From: an uncultured archaeon
GTDB taxonomy: Archaea; Asgardarchaeota; Lokiarchaeia; Sigyniarchaeales; SOKP01
DNA: 64,000 nucleotides
NCBI GenBank assembly: GCA_964508365.1
Contig: CAZDTP010000002.1
Coordinates: 1 to 64,000, forward strand
Direction of reading: 5' to 3'
The notes beneath the pieces were generated by a model that saw only the letters and a program-made list of their open reading frames with translations, had not been told where the DNA came from and made no database searches. The translations under genes were made by a program, and so were the position numbers. Shown here piece after piece: positions 29,945 to 40,802 of this stretch (positions are counted from its first letter, which is position 1; each line of letters begins with the position of its first letter).

Positions 29945-30433
29945 CTAATTTTTTGTGTTAATTATTACATTATCAACCTCAAAATGACGTAAAACGAGTT
30001 CTTTTACCTTTCTTATCATTGAACCCTCTTTACCGATGGCTTTTCCACGATCTTGAGGTCGTACAGAAATAATCACGGTTTTTTTTTCGTTTCTACTTTC
30101 TTTTACTTCTATGTTTTGAACTATGATTGAATTCTTAGTAGTATTTAATATGAATTGAATGAATTGTCTGAGATTTTCTGACCAGGGAATCACATCAATC
30201 TTCTTTTGAAGCTTAGTCATAAGATCTTTCACATGTTCCCCAGCTTTACCAATTGCTTTCCCTATGTCTTCTTTTTTAACTAAGAATATAATTATTTCTG
30301 AGTTATTTTCGGGAGATTCAAATATAAAACAGTCTTTAATAATAGCGCCAGAAATGTTATTGAAAAGCGATATTAATTCCATCGATTTTCTGTCGAGTTT
30401 GATATTTCTACGTAACATCTTAAAACATTCCAT
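29945..30433 (-). CDS. nusA: Archaeal NusA (two KH domains)
   Basis: GKAIGKAG and GKAIGKEG KH loops; canonical position between L30e and S12. Confidence 0.93.
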   Translation of the reverse strand: MECFKMLRRNIKLDRKSMELISLFNNISGAIIKDCFIFESPENNSEIIIFLVKKEDIGKAIGKAGEHVKDLMTKLQKKIDVIPWSENLRQFIQFILNTTKNSIIVQNIEVKESRNEKKTVIISVRPQDRGKAIGKEGSMIRKVKELVLRHFEVDNVIINTKN

Positions 30434-30440
30434 TTAGTCT

Positions 30441-30821
30441 TTAATTATTTTTAGCCTTTAAAGTCATTAAGTCTGAATCTCCAAAATCGTTGATTCCAAT
30501 AACGGAGATCATGTATGGTTTGCCCATTGCTAACCCTAGATCCCACGAAGAACCTTTATACTTGTGTATAAATATATTGTTATTTATAAGAGAATTATAA
30601 TAACTTAATTGGGCTTCCAATTCGGCTGGACAATTATTTGCGATAATGATCATCTTAAAAGGATTTTGTCTTAGTTGCCTTAGGACTTGGGTTTTACCAA
30701 AAATCATTTTACCGGTCTTATAAGCAACTTTTATATTAGTATCAATATCAAATTCTTTTACTTTCTTTCGGGATAAATCGATTGTATCGCTTATCTTTAT
30801 GTTTTTCCTTGCCATCGTCAT
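30441..30821 (-). CDS. rpl30e: 50S ribosomal protein L30e
   Basis: KTGKMIFG, IIIANNCP, YKGSSWDLGLAMGKPY, G.SD. Confidence 0.93.
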   Translation of the reverse strand: MTMARKNIKISDTIDLSRKKVKEFDIDTNIKVAYKTGKMIFGKTQVLRQLRQNPFKMIIIANNCPAELEAQLSYYNSLINNNIFIHKYKGSSWDLGLAMGKPYMISVIGINDFGDSDLMTLKAKNN

Positions 30822-31029
30822 AACTAGCTGTATCAGTTTTAAAAATCAAAAATAACGTAATTAAAAAAATACACAATAACTTAAAATTTTATCGCATATT
30901 CTCCTATTTCTTGCTTTCAAGAGTTAGCTTTTAAATTTAACTTTAACATTTATTCTCTTATTATTGTTTTAAGAAGCGTTAAAACCGTTGATTAGGACTA
31001 TAATTCGTGCTGTATAGGTGTTTTTTATA

Positions 31030-32232
31030 TTATTGTTTTTTTCCTAACTGTTCTAATATTTTGAGGTTAGCGTCTAAGTCGAACATAACATTTACTCGAC
31101 CCGTACCAATCGGGGATATCTGACCAATAATTACATTTTCGGGAATTCCAAGTAATTTCTCTTCTTCACCATACAATCCTGCATCTAGTAACTGATTTAC
31201 TGTGACTTCAAACGCAGCTCTAGCAAATACACTTGATTTAGAACCTGAAATTCCGTGCCTTCCAATTGATTGAATTGAGCCTTCTACGCACATTAAATCT
31301 GATAAAATAATGAGGTGCCTTTTATCAACATCTAAACCTTGTTGCTCTAAAACTTTTTGAGCCTCTCTAATTATCATTTTTCGAGCTGCCTCGATTCCAT
31401 AGAGTTTTTCGATTTCATGGATATGATTTGATACCGTTCTAGTAGTATCTACACCTTCGATTTGAACGACGCCGTGCATATTTGTTCCTTCGGTTTTAAT
31501 AACCCACTCCTTTTTATCGTCGGTTGGGGTTAATAACCCTCTTTTAATGCCACGTACACCTTTAACTACTTTTTTAAGTATCTTTTCTCTTAATTTTTGC
31601 AGATTCTGAATATCTTCTATTTGAGGATCGATTATTATAGAATTACCTTCACGTTTAATTGTTCCCTTCTTTTTGTATCTTTTTAATATTTCTGGAACAG
31701 ATTCTATATCGATACCACGTTTCTCACAAATTTCGGGTATTAAGTTGATAACGATGTTCCAGTTAATAAAATCTAAGTCAACATCATGAGTGATTTGTTC
31801 AATGCGAACTTGTTCTATTCTTTTGTGAACTTCAATTGCTTTCTCTTCGCTTTGATTATACGGTTCTTCTAAATAAATTGTTTGTTGAGGCGTACTTGGA
31901 AAGCGTCGAGCATCTACTATTTCTATGAGTCTAGGAAGACCTTGGGTTACTGAGAATTCTTCTACACCCGCGTAGTGAAATGTTCTTAAAGTCATTTGTG
32001 TTCCTGGTTCTCCAATACTTTGAGCGGCGACTGTTCCAACAGGTTCATGAGTTTCGACAATAGCGTTATTAAAATTAATATAAATCTTGTTTAAAAGGTA
32101 TTCCAGCTGTTCTTCTTCAAGATCTTCATCTTTAATACGATTTCTGATTTTTTCTATGAGATCAACAGGAATACCATCTTCTTTGAGTACTTTTAAATTT
32201 TTCTCTAAAATTACTTGAGTTACTTTTCCCAT
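31030..32232 (-). CDS. rpoA2: RNA polymerase subunit A''
   Basis: [35 protein letters not shown]. Confidence 0.97.
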   Translation of the reverse strand: MGKVTQVILEKNLKVLKEDGIPVDLIEKIRNRIKDEDLEEEQLEYLLNKIYINFNNAIVETHEPVGTVAAQSIGEPGTQMTLRTFHYAGVEEFSVTQGLPRLIEIVDARRFPSTPQQTIYLEEPYNQSEEKAIEVHKRIEQVRIEQITHDVDLDFINWNIVINLIPEICEKRGIDIESVPEILKRYKKKGTIKREGNSIIIDPQIEDIQNLQKLREKILKKVVKGVRGIKRGLLTPTDDKKEWVIKTEGTNMHGVVQIEGVDTTRTVSNHIHEIEKLYGIEAARKMIIREAQKVLEQQGLDVDKRHLIILSDLMCVEGSIQSIGRHGISGSKSSVFARAAFEVTVNQLLDAGLYGEEEKLLGIPENVIIGQISPIGTGRVNVMFDLDANLKILEQLGKKQ

Positions 32233-32261
32233 TTCATTTGACCTTTAAAAAATTTAATATA

Positions 32262-35219
32262 TTATCCTAATCTTTCTTTTTTCCAGTCTAAATATCCTTT
32301 TGTGAGTTTCCCTCTCCATTCTGCGTTTTTACTCGTCTCCATGTTATACAATTCCCTCAATTCTTCTTCACTGAGCGCTTGGTCTTTTTTATCTGCTTTT
32401 TCTTGTTTTTCAGGTTCATCTTTGGCAGTTTTTTTGGGCGTAGATTTTTTAGCGGGAGGTTTTTTAGTTGTTTCTTTTTTAGCTGTAGTTTTAGGTTTTG
32501 GAGTTTTTTTGATTTCCTCGCGAATTTCGTTTAAATCAAGTGTTTTAGCTTTGAGCAGAAGAACTTCAAGATTTACGGCTTCTGAATGATCGGTATGCAT
32601 AGGATCTATACCGTCGTCACCATAACGGAATTGGATAATATTTTTATCACTATTCCTTACAGTCCCATCATTTTCGATGATCATGTCTTGTAAAGCGTTT
32701 ACCAACCGTCTTTGCATATATCCACTAGTAGAGGTACGAACTGCAGTATCTACTAGACCTTCTCGACCACCCATGGCATGAAAAAAGAATTCCTCTGGAT
32801 TTAGTCCTTTTCGGTAAGAACTTTCGACAAAGCCTCTTGCTCGAGGTGTTAAATCCTCTTGTTTAAAATGTGGAAGAGTTCTTGAACTATATCCTCTATT
32901 GATTCTTTCACCTCTTATCGCCTGTTGACCCACTACAGCGGACATTTGGCCCAAATTTAAAATATTTCCTCTAGCTCCCGATTTTGTCATAATGACTGAA
33001 TGAGCTTCATCTCCAATATGGTGAGCTGCGGTTTCTTCAGCCATTTTTCTCGCTTCTGCTAACACTTGTCGAATTCTAAGTTCAAGTGTTTCGCGCATAG
33101 AACGTCCGGGGGCTCTTTTCAAAACCGTCGTGTCATTTTCGTTAAGCGCTTTGATTAATTTATCTGCTTCATCATCAGCATCTTTTAGGATTTTCTGAAT
33201 TTTGTCATAAGCTTTACCAGAGACAAAAACTTCATCCAATCCCATTGTCATTCCATTCTGACGGATAACGTACAATAGCATTTTTGTGGCGCTGTCTAAG
33301 AATAGTCTCCCTCGTGCGTTTCCATGGTCTTTAATTACGCGCTGTAATATACTATTAGATTGCATAGCACCGAATGAGTTTTCGTCAATAGTTCCCGTTA
33401 TGAGAACCCCGTTTTTAATTACTACATAAGCATCATATTCACAACCTTCTTCCTTACAAATTTCACACTTCTTACAAAATTTCGATTTTACTTTTATATT
33501 CAAATCGTCCGGAAAAAGAGTACTAAAAATTTGCTTTCCCGAATATAACTTCTCAGGATCAGTTTTAACAGGAATAATATCATCTAAACTAAATTCTGGT
33601 TTAGATTCAAAGACATCTCCCAAATAGAGCAATTTCAACGTGTCTTTTCTGTTATAAACTGAGTCTACACTAGTAAATTGAAAAACAGAGGAAATAAAGT
33701 CTTGAATTCCTCCTAGAATTGGACCTCCAAATCTCGGAGATAATATGTGTTCTTGCACTTTCAGTAGCAGTTCGGCTTCAGTTCGAGCCTCTTCGCTTTG
33801 TGGGACATGCAAGTTCATTTCATCACCATCAAAATCGGCGTTATAAGGTGGACAAACGGTTAAATTTAACCTAAAAGTCCGACCATCCATTATTTTAACC
33901 TCGTGAGCCATAATAGACATTCTATGAAGGGAAGGTTGTCGATTGAACAAAACTAAATCACCATTAGCTAAATGTCGTTCAACTGTATATCCTGGAGCAA
34001 GCATTTCTGCAATAATTTTACGATTCTTGACATATCGTAAATCTATCCTTCTACGATCGCTTCTAATTATATAATTTGCTCCTGGATGATTAAAAGGTCC
34101 ATTAAGAACGAGTTGTTTCATTTCTTCGATGTTCCAATCGTTTATATTTGTAGGTATGGTTAAAATTTTAGCAATTTCCATTGGTACACCTACATCATTA
34201 ATACTAATGAAAGGGTTTGGAGAAATTACGGAGCGTGCGGAAAAATCGACTCTTTTTCCACTTAAGTTGCTTCTAAACCTTCCTTCTTTCCCTTTTAATC
34301 TTTGTGTAAGAGTTCTTAACGCCCTCCCTGAGCGATGTCTCGCTGGTGGAATTCCAGAAACTTGATTATCGAAATAAGTTGTAATATGATACTGAAGTAA
34401 TTCCCATAAATCTTCTACAATTAGATGAGGTGCACCTGCATCAATATTCTCTCTAAGTCTTTGGTTAATGCGAATAACATCAACTAATTTGTGGGTTAAA
34501 TCATCTTCAGATCTAATTCCACTATCTAACGTAATAGATGGTCGAGCACATACAGGTGGAATTGGTAATACTGTAAATATTACCCATTCAAGTCTCGCAT
34601 TTTCAGGAGCTACTCCTAAAATCCTAAGATCATTATCCGTCATTTTTATAAGACGTTCTAGTATTTCAATAGGAGTAATCCTTCGGGAGCCCTTAATTTC
34701 TTCTTCTTCATAAAAAGTAGTAGGTTTTTCAATTACAATTTTTTTCTTTTTTGCGCCGCAATACGGGCAAACTTTACTTTTTCTTGCACGCTTAAACACG
34801 ATCTTCGTAGCATCTTCATCACTTTCAAAGAAAATTCTACGGTGCTTTAATTGTTCTGTCCTGAATAAATCCATTTCTTCTTCTGTTAACATTAACCTTG
34901 AGCATTCAGGACAGATGCTTCTTAGGACTTTGAGGACTTTTTTCGCATAGCCGACATGGATAACGGGCCTAGCTAATTCAATATGACCAAAGTGCCCCAT
35001 ACAATTACTTACAAGGTTTCCACAAGTTTGACATCTCTGTCCCGGCTCAATAGTCCCTAATCGTTGGTCCATAAGCCCACTAGGAATAGGTAAACCATCT
35101 TCATCATAAGTATCTGCCGTAATTATTCTGGCAGCAGACATTTTTCTAATTTCGTCCGGACTTAGCAATCCGAATTTTATTTTTTCAATTAATTTAGTAC
35201 GACTGAATGAATAACTCAT
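32262..35219 (-). CDS. rpoA1: RNA polymerase subunit A' with Lys-rich C-terminal extension
   Basis: Catalytic NADFDGD, GKRVDFSARSV, GREGLVDTAVRT. Confidence 0.98.
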   Translation of the reverse strand: MSYSFSRTKLIEKIKFGLLSPDEIRKMSAARIITADTYDEDGLPIPSGLMDQRLGTIEPGQRCQTCGNLVSNCMGHFGHIELARPVIHVGYAKKVLKVLRSICPECSRLMLTEEEMDLFRTEQLKHRRIFFESDEDATKIVFKRARKSKVCPYCGAKKKKIVIEKPTTFYEEEEIKGSRRITPIEILERLIKMTDNDLRILGVAPENARLEWVIFTVLPIPPVCARPSITLDSGIRSEDDLTHKLVDVIRINQRLRENIDAGAPHLIVEDLWELLQYHITTYFDNQVSGIPPARHRSGRALRTLTQRLKGKEGRFRSNLSGKRVDFSARSVISPNPFISINDVGVPMEIAKILTIPTNINDWNIEEMKQLVLNGPFNHPGANYIIRSDRRRIDLRYVKNRKIIAEMLAPGYTVERHLANGDLVLFNRQPSLHRMSIMAHEVKIMDGRTFRLNLTVCPPYNADFDGDEMNLHVPQSEEARTEAELLLKVQEHILSPRFGGPILGGIQDFISSVFQFTSVDSVYNRKDTLKLLYLGDVFESKPEFSLDDIIPVKTDPEKLYSGKQIFSTLFPDDLNIKVKSKFCKKCEICKEEGCEYDAYVVIKNGVLITGTIDENSFGAMQSNSILQRVIKDHGNARGRLFLDSATKMLLYVIRQNGMTMGLDEVFVSGKAYDKIQKILKDADDEADKLIKALNENDTTVLKRAPGRSMRETLELRIRQVLAEARKMAEETAAHHIGDEAHSVIMTKSGARGNILNLGQMSAVVGQQAIRGERINRGYSSRTLPHFKQEDLTPRARGFVESSYRKGLNPEEFFFHAMGGREGLVDTAVRTSTSGYMQRRLVNALQDMIIENDGTVRNSDKNIIQFRYGDDGIDPMHTDHSEAVNLEVLLLKAKTLDLNEIREEIKKTPKPKTTAKKETTKKPPAKKSTPKKTAKDEPEKQEKADKKDQALSEEELRELYNMETSKNAEWRGKLTKGYLDWKKERLG

Positions 35220-35405
35220 AAATCCAAAATAACCTCAATTTTTGAATTAATACAATAAAACAATAAAGAATAAGTTAACAAGTTCTGCACTATAAAGGAA
35301 TTAAGCAAGCAAATATTAAAAATTTTTCGGATTAGGCATTTTTTTATCTATTCTTTTATTACTTTATATCAAGTAGTATATTTTATAGATGTATTCACTC
35401 AAGTA

Positions 35406-36008
35406 ATGATGAAGATAGAGACGTTATTTAAAAGTAAATTAATGGTGTTCTGCATTCAAATATTAATTTTACTGATATTTAGCGTGATATTTAATTATCG
35501 GATTCAAATTGATTTTGATTTGAGTACTGACCCTCGAGCAGGGGAACAACATTTTATTATCCAATTTCTTGCAAATATAATTTTATATAACACAACTTTT
35601 GGTTTTTTATACATAAGCATTACATGGGTAATTATATCGTTATTACCTATTCTAATTTTTAACAATTACAGAAAAGCTTATTCAATGAATTTAACAACTT
35701 TTTTTTTCCCTAATTTCTTTTTTTATGTTTTCTATTGGAGGTATTCAATAACATCATTTAGCTCTGTTTTACCAACTTTTTTAGTCGAAACTATCACGCT
35801 AGCAATTACTATCCTAATCATTTCCATAGGGTTATCATTACTCTTTAAATTAATTAAAAATTTTGAAAATGACGAGGATAAAGTAAATATGACAAAAATA
35901 GAATTAAAAAATAGATCAGAATGCCCTCAATGTGGAGCTAAATTCGATTCAAAACCTAAATATTGCTATAACTGTAATAGTCGTTTAATAGAAGAATTAG
36001 GTGAATAA
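35406..36008 (+). CDS. Membrane protein with C-terminal Zn ribbon
   Basis: About 4 hydrophobic segments, then CPQCG...YCYNC. Confidence 0.72.
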   Translation: MMKIETLFKSKLMVFCIQILILLIFSVIFNYRIQIDFDLSTDPRAGEQHFIIQFLANIILYNTTFGFLYISITWVIISLLPILIFNNYRKAYSMNLTTFFFPNFFFYVFYWRYSITSFSSVLPTFLVETITLAITILIISIGLSLLFKLIKNFENDEDKVNMTKIELKNRSECPQCGAKFDSKPKYCYNCNSRLIEELGE

Positions 36009-37467
36009 ATTGGAAGATTTTGATAAGATAGCCTTCTTAGATTTATTGTTTAAACCAAAAAATGTACTTATATACGATGCAAAGCCCAAGATTTCTTTTT
36101 TTATAGATGGATTTATTAGACAAGGATACAATTTAGAAAATCTCTATCTAGTTTCTACTAAAGTTGAAGAACTTTTAGGCATTAAATGTTTAAAATCTGT
36201 TGATAGTGTCCCTGTTAATTCGATTGATCTCGTTATTTTGTCCGTTAGAAGAGACGATTTAGTTAAAGAATTATCAGACCTTTTATCTCGTAAGATAGTT
36301 AAGTTTATTCACATTTTTACAGCGGGTACTGGAGAATTTGATGAAAAAGGTGTTAAAATTGAAAGGGAAATTAAAGAAATTCTGAATGCCTATCCCTCTA
36401 CGAGATGCATAGGTCCAAATTGTATGGGTTTGTATTGCCCACGAGGAAAAATAGCATATTACTCCTCTTTTCCTACTGAAAATGGGACGGTAGGATTAAT
36501 ATTTCAATCTGGAGATTTACATTCTAAGATGGTAAAGTTTAGTGCTCGAAGATATAATTTAAGATTTTCGAAAGGGGTAAGTATAGGAAATTGTATTGAT
36601 ATTCAAGTTTCTGAACTCTTACAATACTTAGATGATGACAATGAAACGCAAGTTATTTGCGTTTATTTCGAAGGTTTACCTGCTTTATATAAAAATGAGG
36701 GAAGAAGGCTCTTAAAAGTATTAAAAAATATGAAGAAACCCGTGCTCTTTATGCGCGGAGGTAGGACTGAGAGAGGTCAAGCAGCAGTATTAACCCATAC
36801 GGGATCCTTGGCTTCAAAAGGTGATATTTGGAAAGCAATTTTTAAACAGACGCCAATTATTGAAGTTCCACCATCTTTAGATGAGTTAATCGATTATACC
36901 TACCTATTTTCCACACACACACACAATTATAAGGAAAGAAAGAAAGAGGTAGAGTATCCCAAATCCAAAAATGTTTTAGTAGTTTTGTGGTCTGGAGGTT
37001 TTGGAATTTTAGCTACAGATATTATAACGGAATTAGGTTTGAACCTACCGATTATATCAGGAAAAAAGTTAGACGCTCTAAAACAAATATACCCTATTAA
37101 GATTGGTAGTTTATCTAATCCTTTGGATATGCCTTGGATCATTTCAAGTAAGGTTTATTTGGAGGTTTGTAAGGCAGCAGTAGATGATACTATCGATTTA
37201 GTATTAGTAGTAACTGATGCTTGGAAGGATTTGGATGATGAAAGATTCAAAAATTTTTACAGTAATTTACTTGGAATTAAAAAACATGTAGAATCTTTAG
37301 AAAAAATCTTTGTGATTATATTACCCCAGTATCCTAGCGAGTCACGGAAATTAATATCCAACAAACTAAAAAACGACGGATTTTTTGTATATAACTCAAT
37401 AGAGAGCGCAGCAAAGTCATTTTTGAAGCTATACGAATATGGGAAAAAGAGGAATATAGCTTTATGA
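36001..37467 (+). CDS. CoA-binding acyl-CoA synthetase (ADP-forming) alpha-like subunit
   Basis: IGPNCMG, QSG, SIGN..D, phospho-His motif THTGSLA, NPLD. Confidence 0.85.
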   Translation: MNKLEDFDKIAFLDLLFKPKNVLIYDAKPKISFFIDGFIRQGYNLENLYLVSTKVEELLGIKCLKSVDSVPVNSIDLVILSVRRDDLVKELSDLLSRKIVKFIHIFTAGTGEFDEKGVKIEREIKEILNAYPSTRCIGPNCMGLYCPRGKIAYYSSFPTENGTVGLIFQSGDLHSKMVKFSARRYNLRFSKGVSIGNCIDIQVSELLQYLDDDNETQVICVYFEGLPALYKNEGRRLLKVLKNMKKPVLFMRGGRTERGQAAVLTHTGSLASKGDIWKAIFKQTPIIEVPPSLDELIDYTYLFSTHTHNYKERKKEVEYPKSKNVLVVLWSGGFGILATDIITELGLNLPIISGKKLDALKQIYPIKIGSLSNPLDMPWIISSKVYLEVCKAAVDDTIDLVLVVTDAWKDLDDERFKNFYSNLLGIKKHVESLEKIFVIILPQYPSESRKLISNKLKNDGFFVYNSIESAAKSFLKLYEYGKKRNIAL

Positions 37468-38420
37468 CTGGAGAATTAATCGCAATTTTAGCAGTCTTAA
37501 CTTTTGTAGTATCAAATGTGCTCTTTCGAAAAACTGAGCGTGATGCTAGCCCTGCATTCATTAACTTTTTTCGCACTGCAATTGGAACTATAACATTTAT
37601 AGTGCTCGCTGTTGTTTTAGGTATTTTTACATATATATTCTTATTACCATGGTATTTGTGGATAATAACATTCCTAAGTTTTCTTTTTGGACAAGTAATT
37701 GGAGACACAGCATATTTTAAAGCGCAACAAGATCTTGGTACTACGATTACTTTAGCGATTTCCATGACATTTCCTTTATTTACCATTATTCTTTCATTAA
37801 TTTTTCTAAACCGTGCTTTTGAATATAAGATAATTCTATCGATTGTTCTTATTGGGGCAGGGATCATAGTAATAGGGAAATCTAAAATAAATGCTGAAAA
37901 CAAAAACTCACAAGATTCGGAAATTCACCCTCAAAAATTAATTTCTTATACGCCTTTAAAGTCAATTGTTTACGCTTTAATCGCTTCGCTTGGATGGGCT
38001 ATTGGTCTTGTTATAATAGATTATGTGACGAATTTAATTGATCAAATCTTAATTACAAATGGAATAAGTTCTATTATTAGTAATGTAATTCGCTTTCCAT
38101 TTGCTCTTTCAATTTTGTTGGTAATGGTTTGGAGAGAAAGCAGATTTGGGAATAGTAACCAAAAAAAATGCTCATTCAGAAAACCTTCTCAAACATGGCT
38201 AATTCTGCTTATAGCATCTATTATAGGTACTTCTCTAGGAGCATATTTATACACTGAAGCGGCTCACACAGCGGGAGCCATTGTTATGTCATTAATAGCG
38301 AGTGCAAGCCCGTTATTTTCGCTTCCACTTACCTATTGGTTAAATAAAGAGCGGATTACTAAATATGGTTTTTTGGGAGTAATTTCTACAACTTTAGGAG
38401 TAATTGTGGTTATAGTATAA
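37464..38420 (+). CDS. DMT/EamA family transporter
   Basis: Two EamA-like halves of about 5 TM each. Confidence 0.85.
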   Translation: MTGELIAILAVLTFVVSNVLFRKTERDASPAFINFFRTAIGTITFIVLAVVLGIFTYIFLLPWYLWIITFLSFLFGQVIGDTAYFKAQQDLGTTITLAISMTFPLFTIILSLIFLNRAFEYKIILSIVLIGAGIIVIGKSKINAENKNSQDSEIHPQKLISYTPLKSIVYALIASLGWAIGLVIIDYVTNLIDQILITNGISSIISNVIRFPFALSILLVMVWRESRFGNSNQKKCSFRKPSQTWLILLIASIIGTSLGAYLYTEAAHTAGAIVMSLIASASPLFSLPLTYWLNKERITKYGFLGVISTTLGVIVVIV

Positions 38421-38424
38421 AAAT

Positions 38425-39504
38425 TTACTCATAATATTGCTCAAATAATTTCAATTCATCTGAAATCGCTTTTAATTTAGCCATTTCTTCATTAGTTGGA
38501 GAATCCTCGTCGTAGATATCGTAAAGGTTTAAATTGAGATTTTTTCTTACTTGCCTCTCTATTTTATTTATCTTCTGTTTTGTAGCAAAGAATTTAATAG
38601 TTTTAAATTTTAATTTTGTTAATTTTTTTGACCATTCTTTAGTAAAATCTCCTTCTTGGATTTCTTTCAATATTTCTTTCATCATAGGCTTTAATGGTAG
38701 TTTTCTAAATCGAATACCCTTGCTCATAGCACCATATTGACTCGTTTGGGAGTGAAATTCAACCTGTTTAATTAAGCCAATATCAGCCATTTTTTTATAT
38801 GTGTAGGACATTTCATTACTCATATACATTTCGATTAACACGGCTTCAGGAGGGTAACCCGCATCGATCAAAGTGTATATTGAAGACAACAAAACCCTCC
38901 CGAACGCAGGACCAAACGCTTGTTCGTTAAACAAGTCAAGTTCCGCTTCTTGTTTAAAGCTGAGCATAATAGCTCCCTTTTTCAAAGTTCCTATCCCTTT
39001 AGCTAAAGCAAGTAATATCTCTCTTGCATTGCCAGTGAAATCTTGTTCGATGGCCACAAAGCTAAAAAATCCTTGATTGTTTAGAAAATTTTCTCTGACA
39101 CCCACCCCAATCATCCTCGGAGCTAATAACAGAACATCAACATTATCTGGAGGTAATAGTAAATTAAAACCAATGTTATACCCACTTGCAAACACTATGG
39201 CAGAATTTGGTTTAAGAGAGGGGCATATTTCCTCTTTAAATATGGTATCCATCAATTCATCAGGAACGAGAATAAAGGAAATATCAGATTTCGATACGGC
39301 ATCCTTAATATAATAAACACTAAATCCGTCATTTTTTGCGACTTCTTTATATTTATCTTCTATATTTCCGATTATCACATTTAGTCCTGAATCCCTTAAA
39401 TTAAAAGCTTGAGCACGACCTTGGTTTCCATATCCTATAATGGATATAACTTTTGAGCTTATAAAACTTAAATTTCCGTCAGATTCGTTAAAAATTTCGA
39501 TCAT
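38425..39504 (-). CDS. ilvC: Ketol-acid reductoisomerase
   Basis: IIGYGNQGRAQAFNLRDSG, LVPDE, APRMIG, ELDLFNEQ, S.T.QYG. Confidence 0.88.
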   Translation of the reverse strand: MIEIFNESDGNLSFISSKVISIIGYGNQGRAQAFNLRDSGLNVIIGNIEDKYKEVAKNDGFSVYYIKDAVSKSDISFILVPDELMDTIFKEEICPSLKPNSAIVFASGYNIGFNLLLPPDNVDVLLLAPRMIGVGVRENFLNNQGFFSFVAIEQDFTGNAREILLALAKGIGTLKKGAIMLSFKQEAELDLFNEQAFGPAFGRVLLSSIYTLIDAGYPPEAVLIEMYMSNEMSYTYKKMADIGLIKQVEFHSQTSQYGAMSKGIRFRKLPLKPMMKEILKEIQEGDFTKEWSKKLTKLKFKTIKFFATKQKINKIERQVRKNLNLNLYDIYDEDSPTNEEMAKLKAISDELKLFEQYYE

Positions 39505-39584
39505 CTTATTATCCTTTTTAGTTTTTGAATTAGGATATCAAACTAAATTAGAATTTTTAGTTTAAATAAGGTATAGAGAGTTCT

Positions 39585-40163
39585 TTAAAGCAGTTTATCG
39601 TACGTAAAACCATGAGTATCCAAGATTTTCCTAGTCATCTCTACGAAAATTGCTCTTATGTTATAGTTTTTCTTTGCAGAAGTCTTAAAGAATTCAACAT
39701 TATTATGCTTTTTCGTAAAACTTTCTATAACTAACTCGTCAACTTTTTCTGTTTTTTTTACTAAATCACTTTTACATCCGATTAATAGCTTTAGCGTTTT
39801 GCTTTGATTCTGTTTTGTTAGATGTTCATACCACCAGTCCAAACCAAGCAATGTGCTATTTAAGTTGAACAAGCTGAATACCATAAATATTCCATTTGCG
39901 CCATTAATATAGTAGCTAAACATTTGTTTAAATTGTTCTTGACCACCAAAATCCCAAAGAGAGAGCCTAACAAATGTTTCATTTCCGTTTACAATAATCG
40001 GAATGTCATATGTGTAGAAATCGATACCAATGGTTAACCGCGTATTCGCATCGAAAGTATCAAAGCACAACCTTCTCGCTATACAAGTTTTTCCTACACC
40101 TCCTTGACCCAGCAGGCATATTTTAAAAATATAGTAGGGTTGTTCTTCACGCTCAAATGACAT
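39585..40163 (-). CDS. Rab-like small GTPase
   Basis: GQGGVGKT, LTIGIDF, WDFGGQEQF, GCKSD, TSAK; no C-terminal Cys. Confidence 0.92.
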   Translation of the reverse strand: MSFEREEQPYYIFKICLLGQGGVGKTCIARRLCFDTFDANTRLTIGIDFYTYDIPIIVNGNETFVRLSLWDFGGQEQFKQMFSYYINGANGIFMVFSLFNLNSTLLGLDWWYEHLTKQNQSKTLKLLIGCKSDLVKKTEKVDELVIESFTKKHNNVEFFKTSAKKNYNIRAIFVEMTRKILDTHGFTYDKLL

Positions 40164-40288
40164 TAATTTTCAACTACTATTTAAATTGCTTTATAAAACT
40201 ATTAGGTTATAGAATAAACATCATTATAGGTTTTAAATCTTTATGTAATAGAGAGAAATTTTTATTATCGAATTGAAATATAGGAATT

Positions 40289-40750
40289 ATGAACGAAAAA
40301 AATATGTTTCCCGATTATCAACCAAAGATCACACCTGATACTATTGAAGATTATCTAAAAAAGCCAAGTAATGTTTATAGTATCCTTGGAGAAATCAGAG
40401 AACCTAGCATCAATAATCTAAAAACTATTATCACTTATTTCTTAAAATATAAAAAAGCCGCTGAGAAAAATCCTGGAGGTACCCAGAAGGGAAATATTGC
40501 GCTTGGAGCAGATGAGGATCAATACTATCCTTCGGAAGATGAAATGTTAGCTTCAGAATTAGGAAAATTAATATTACAAGTTACTAATTCTTACTCCAAA
40601 CTGCAAATGAAGACTTTAAAATTAAAACATCAAATTGAGACTCAGCGATTTAGCTACCACGAAATAACTTTTAGACATGTGGATGTAATGGGATCAGGTC
40701 GATTCTTTTATGCAGAAAAAGCTACTAAGGAAACAAAAATTGAATTGTAA
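40289..40750 (+). CDS. Hypothetical protein
   Basis: 153 aa ORF divergent from the Rab gene; no recognised motif. Confidence 0.7.
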   Translation: MNEKNMFPDYQPKITPDTIEDYLKKPSNVYSILGEIREPSINNLKTIITYFLKYKKAAEKNPGGTQKGNIALGADEDQYYPSEDEMLASELGKLILQVTNSYSKLQMKTLKLKHQIETQRFSYHEITFRHVDVMGSGRFFYAEKATKETKIEL

Positions 40751-40802
40751 GACATTGGAAAGGATTTCAGAGCAAAAATTCTTAGGATAACATGATTTAC
40801 TT

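Noticed and set aside
2561-37903. Antisense ORFs inside aglB, truA, rfcS, eno, the METTL5 gene, tuf, aor, priS, pcn, rps7, rpoA1, the ACD and EamA genes (e.g. 2561..2923, 8249..8611, 13812..14183, 22484..22795, 32302..32589, 37334..37903)
   Set aside because: They lie mostly or entirely opposite well-supported genes and have no motifs; such shadow ORFs are expected by chance.
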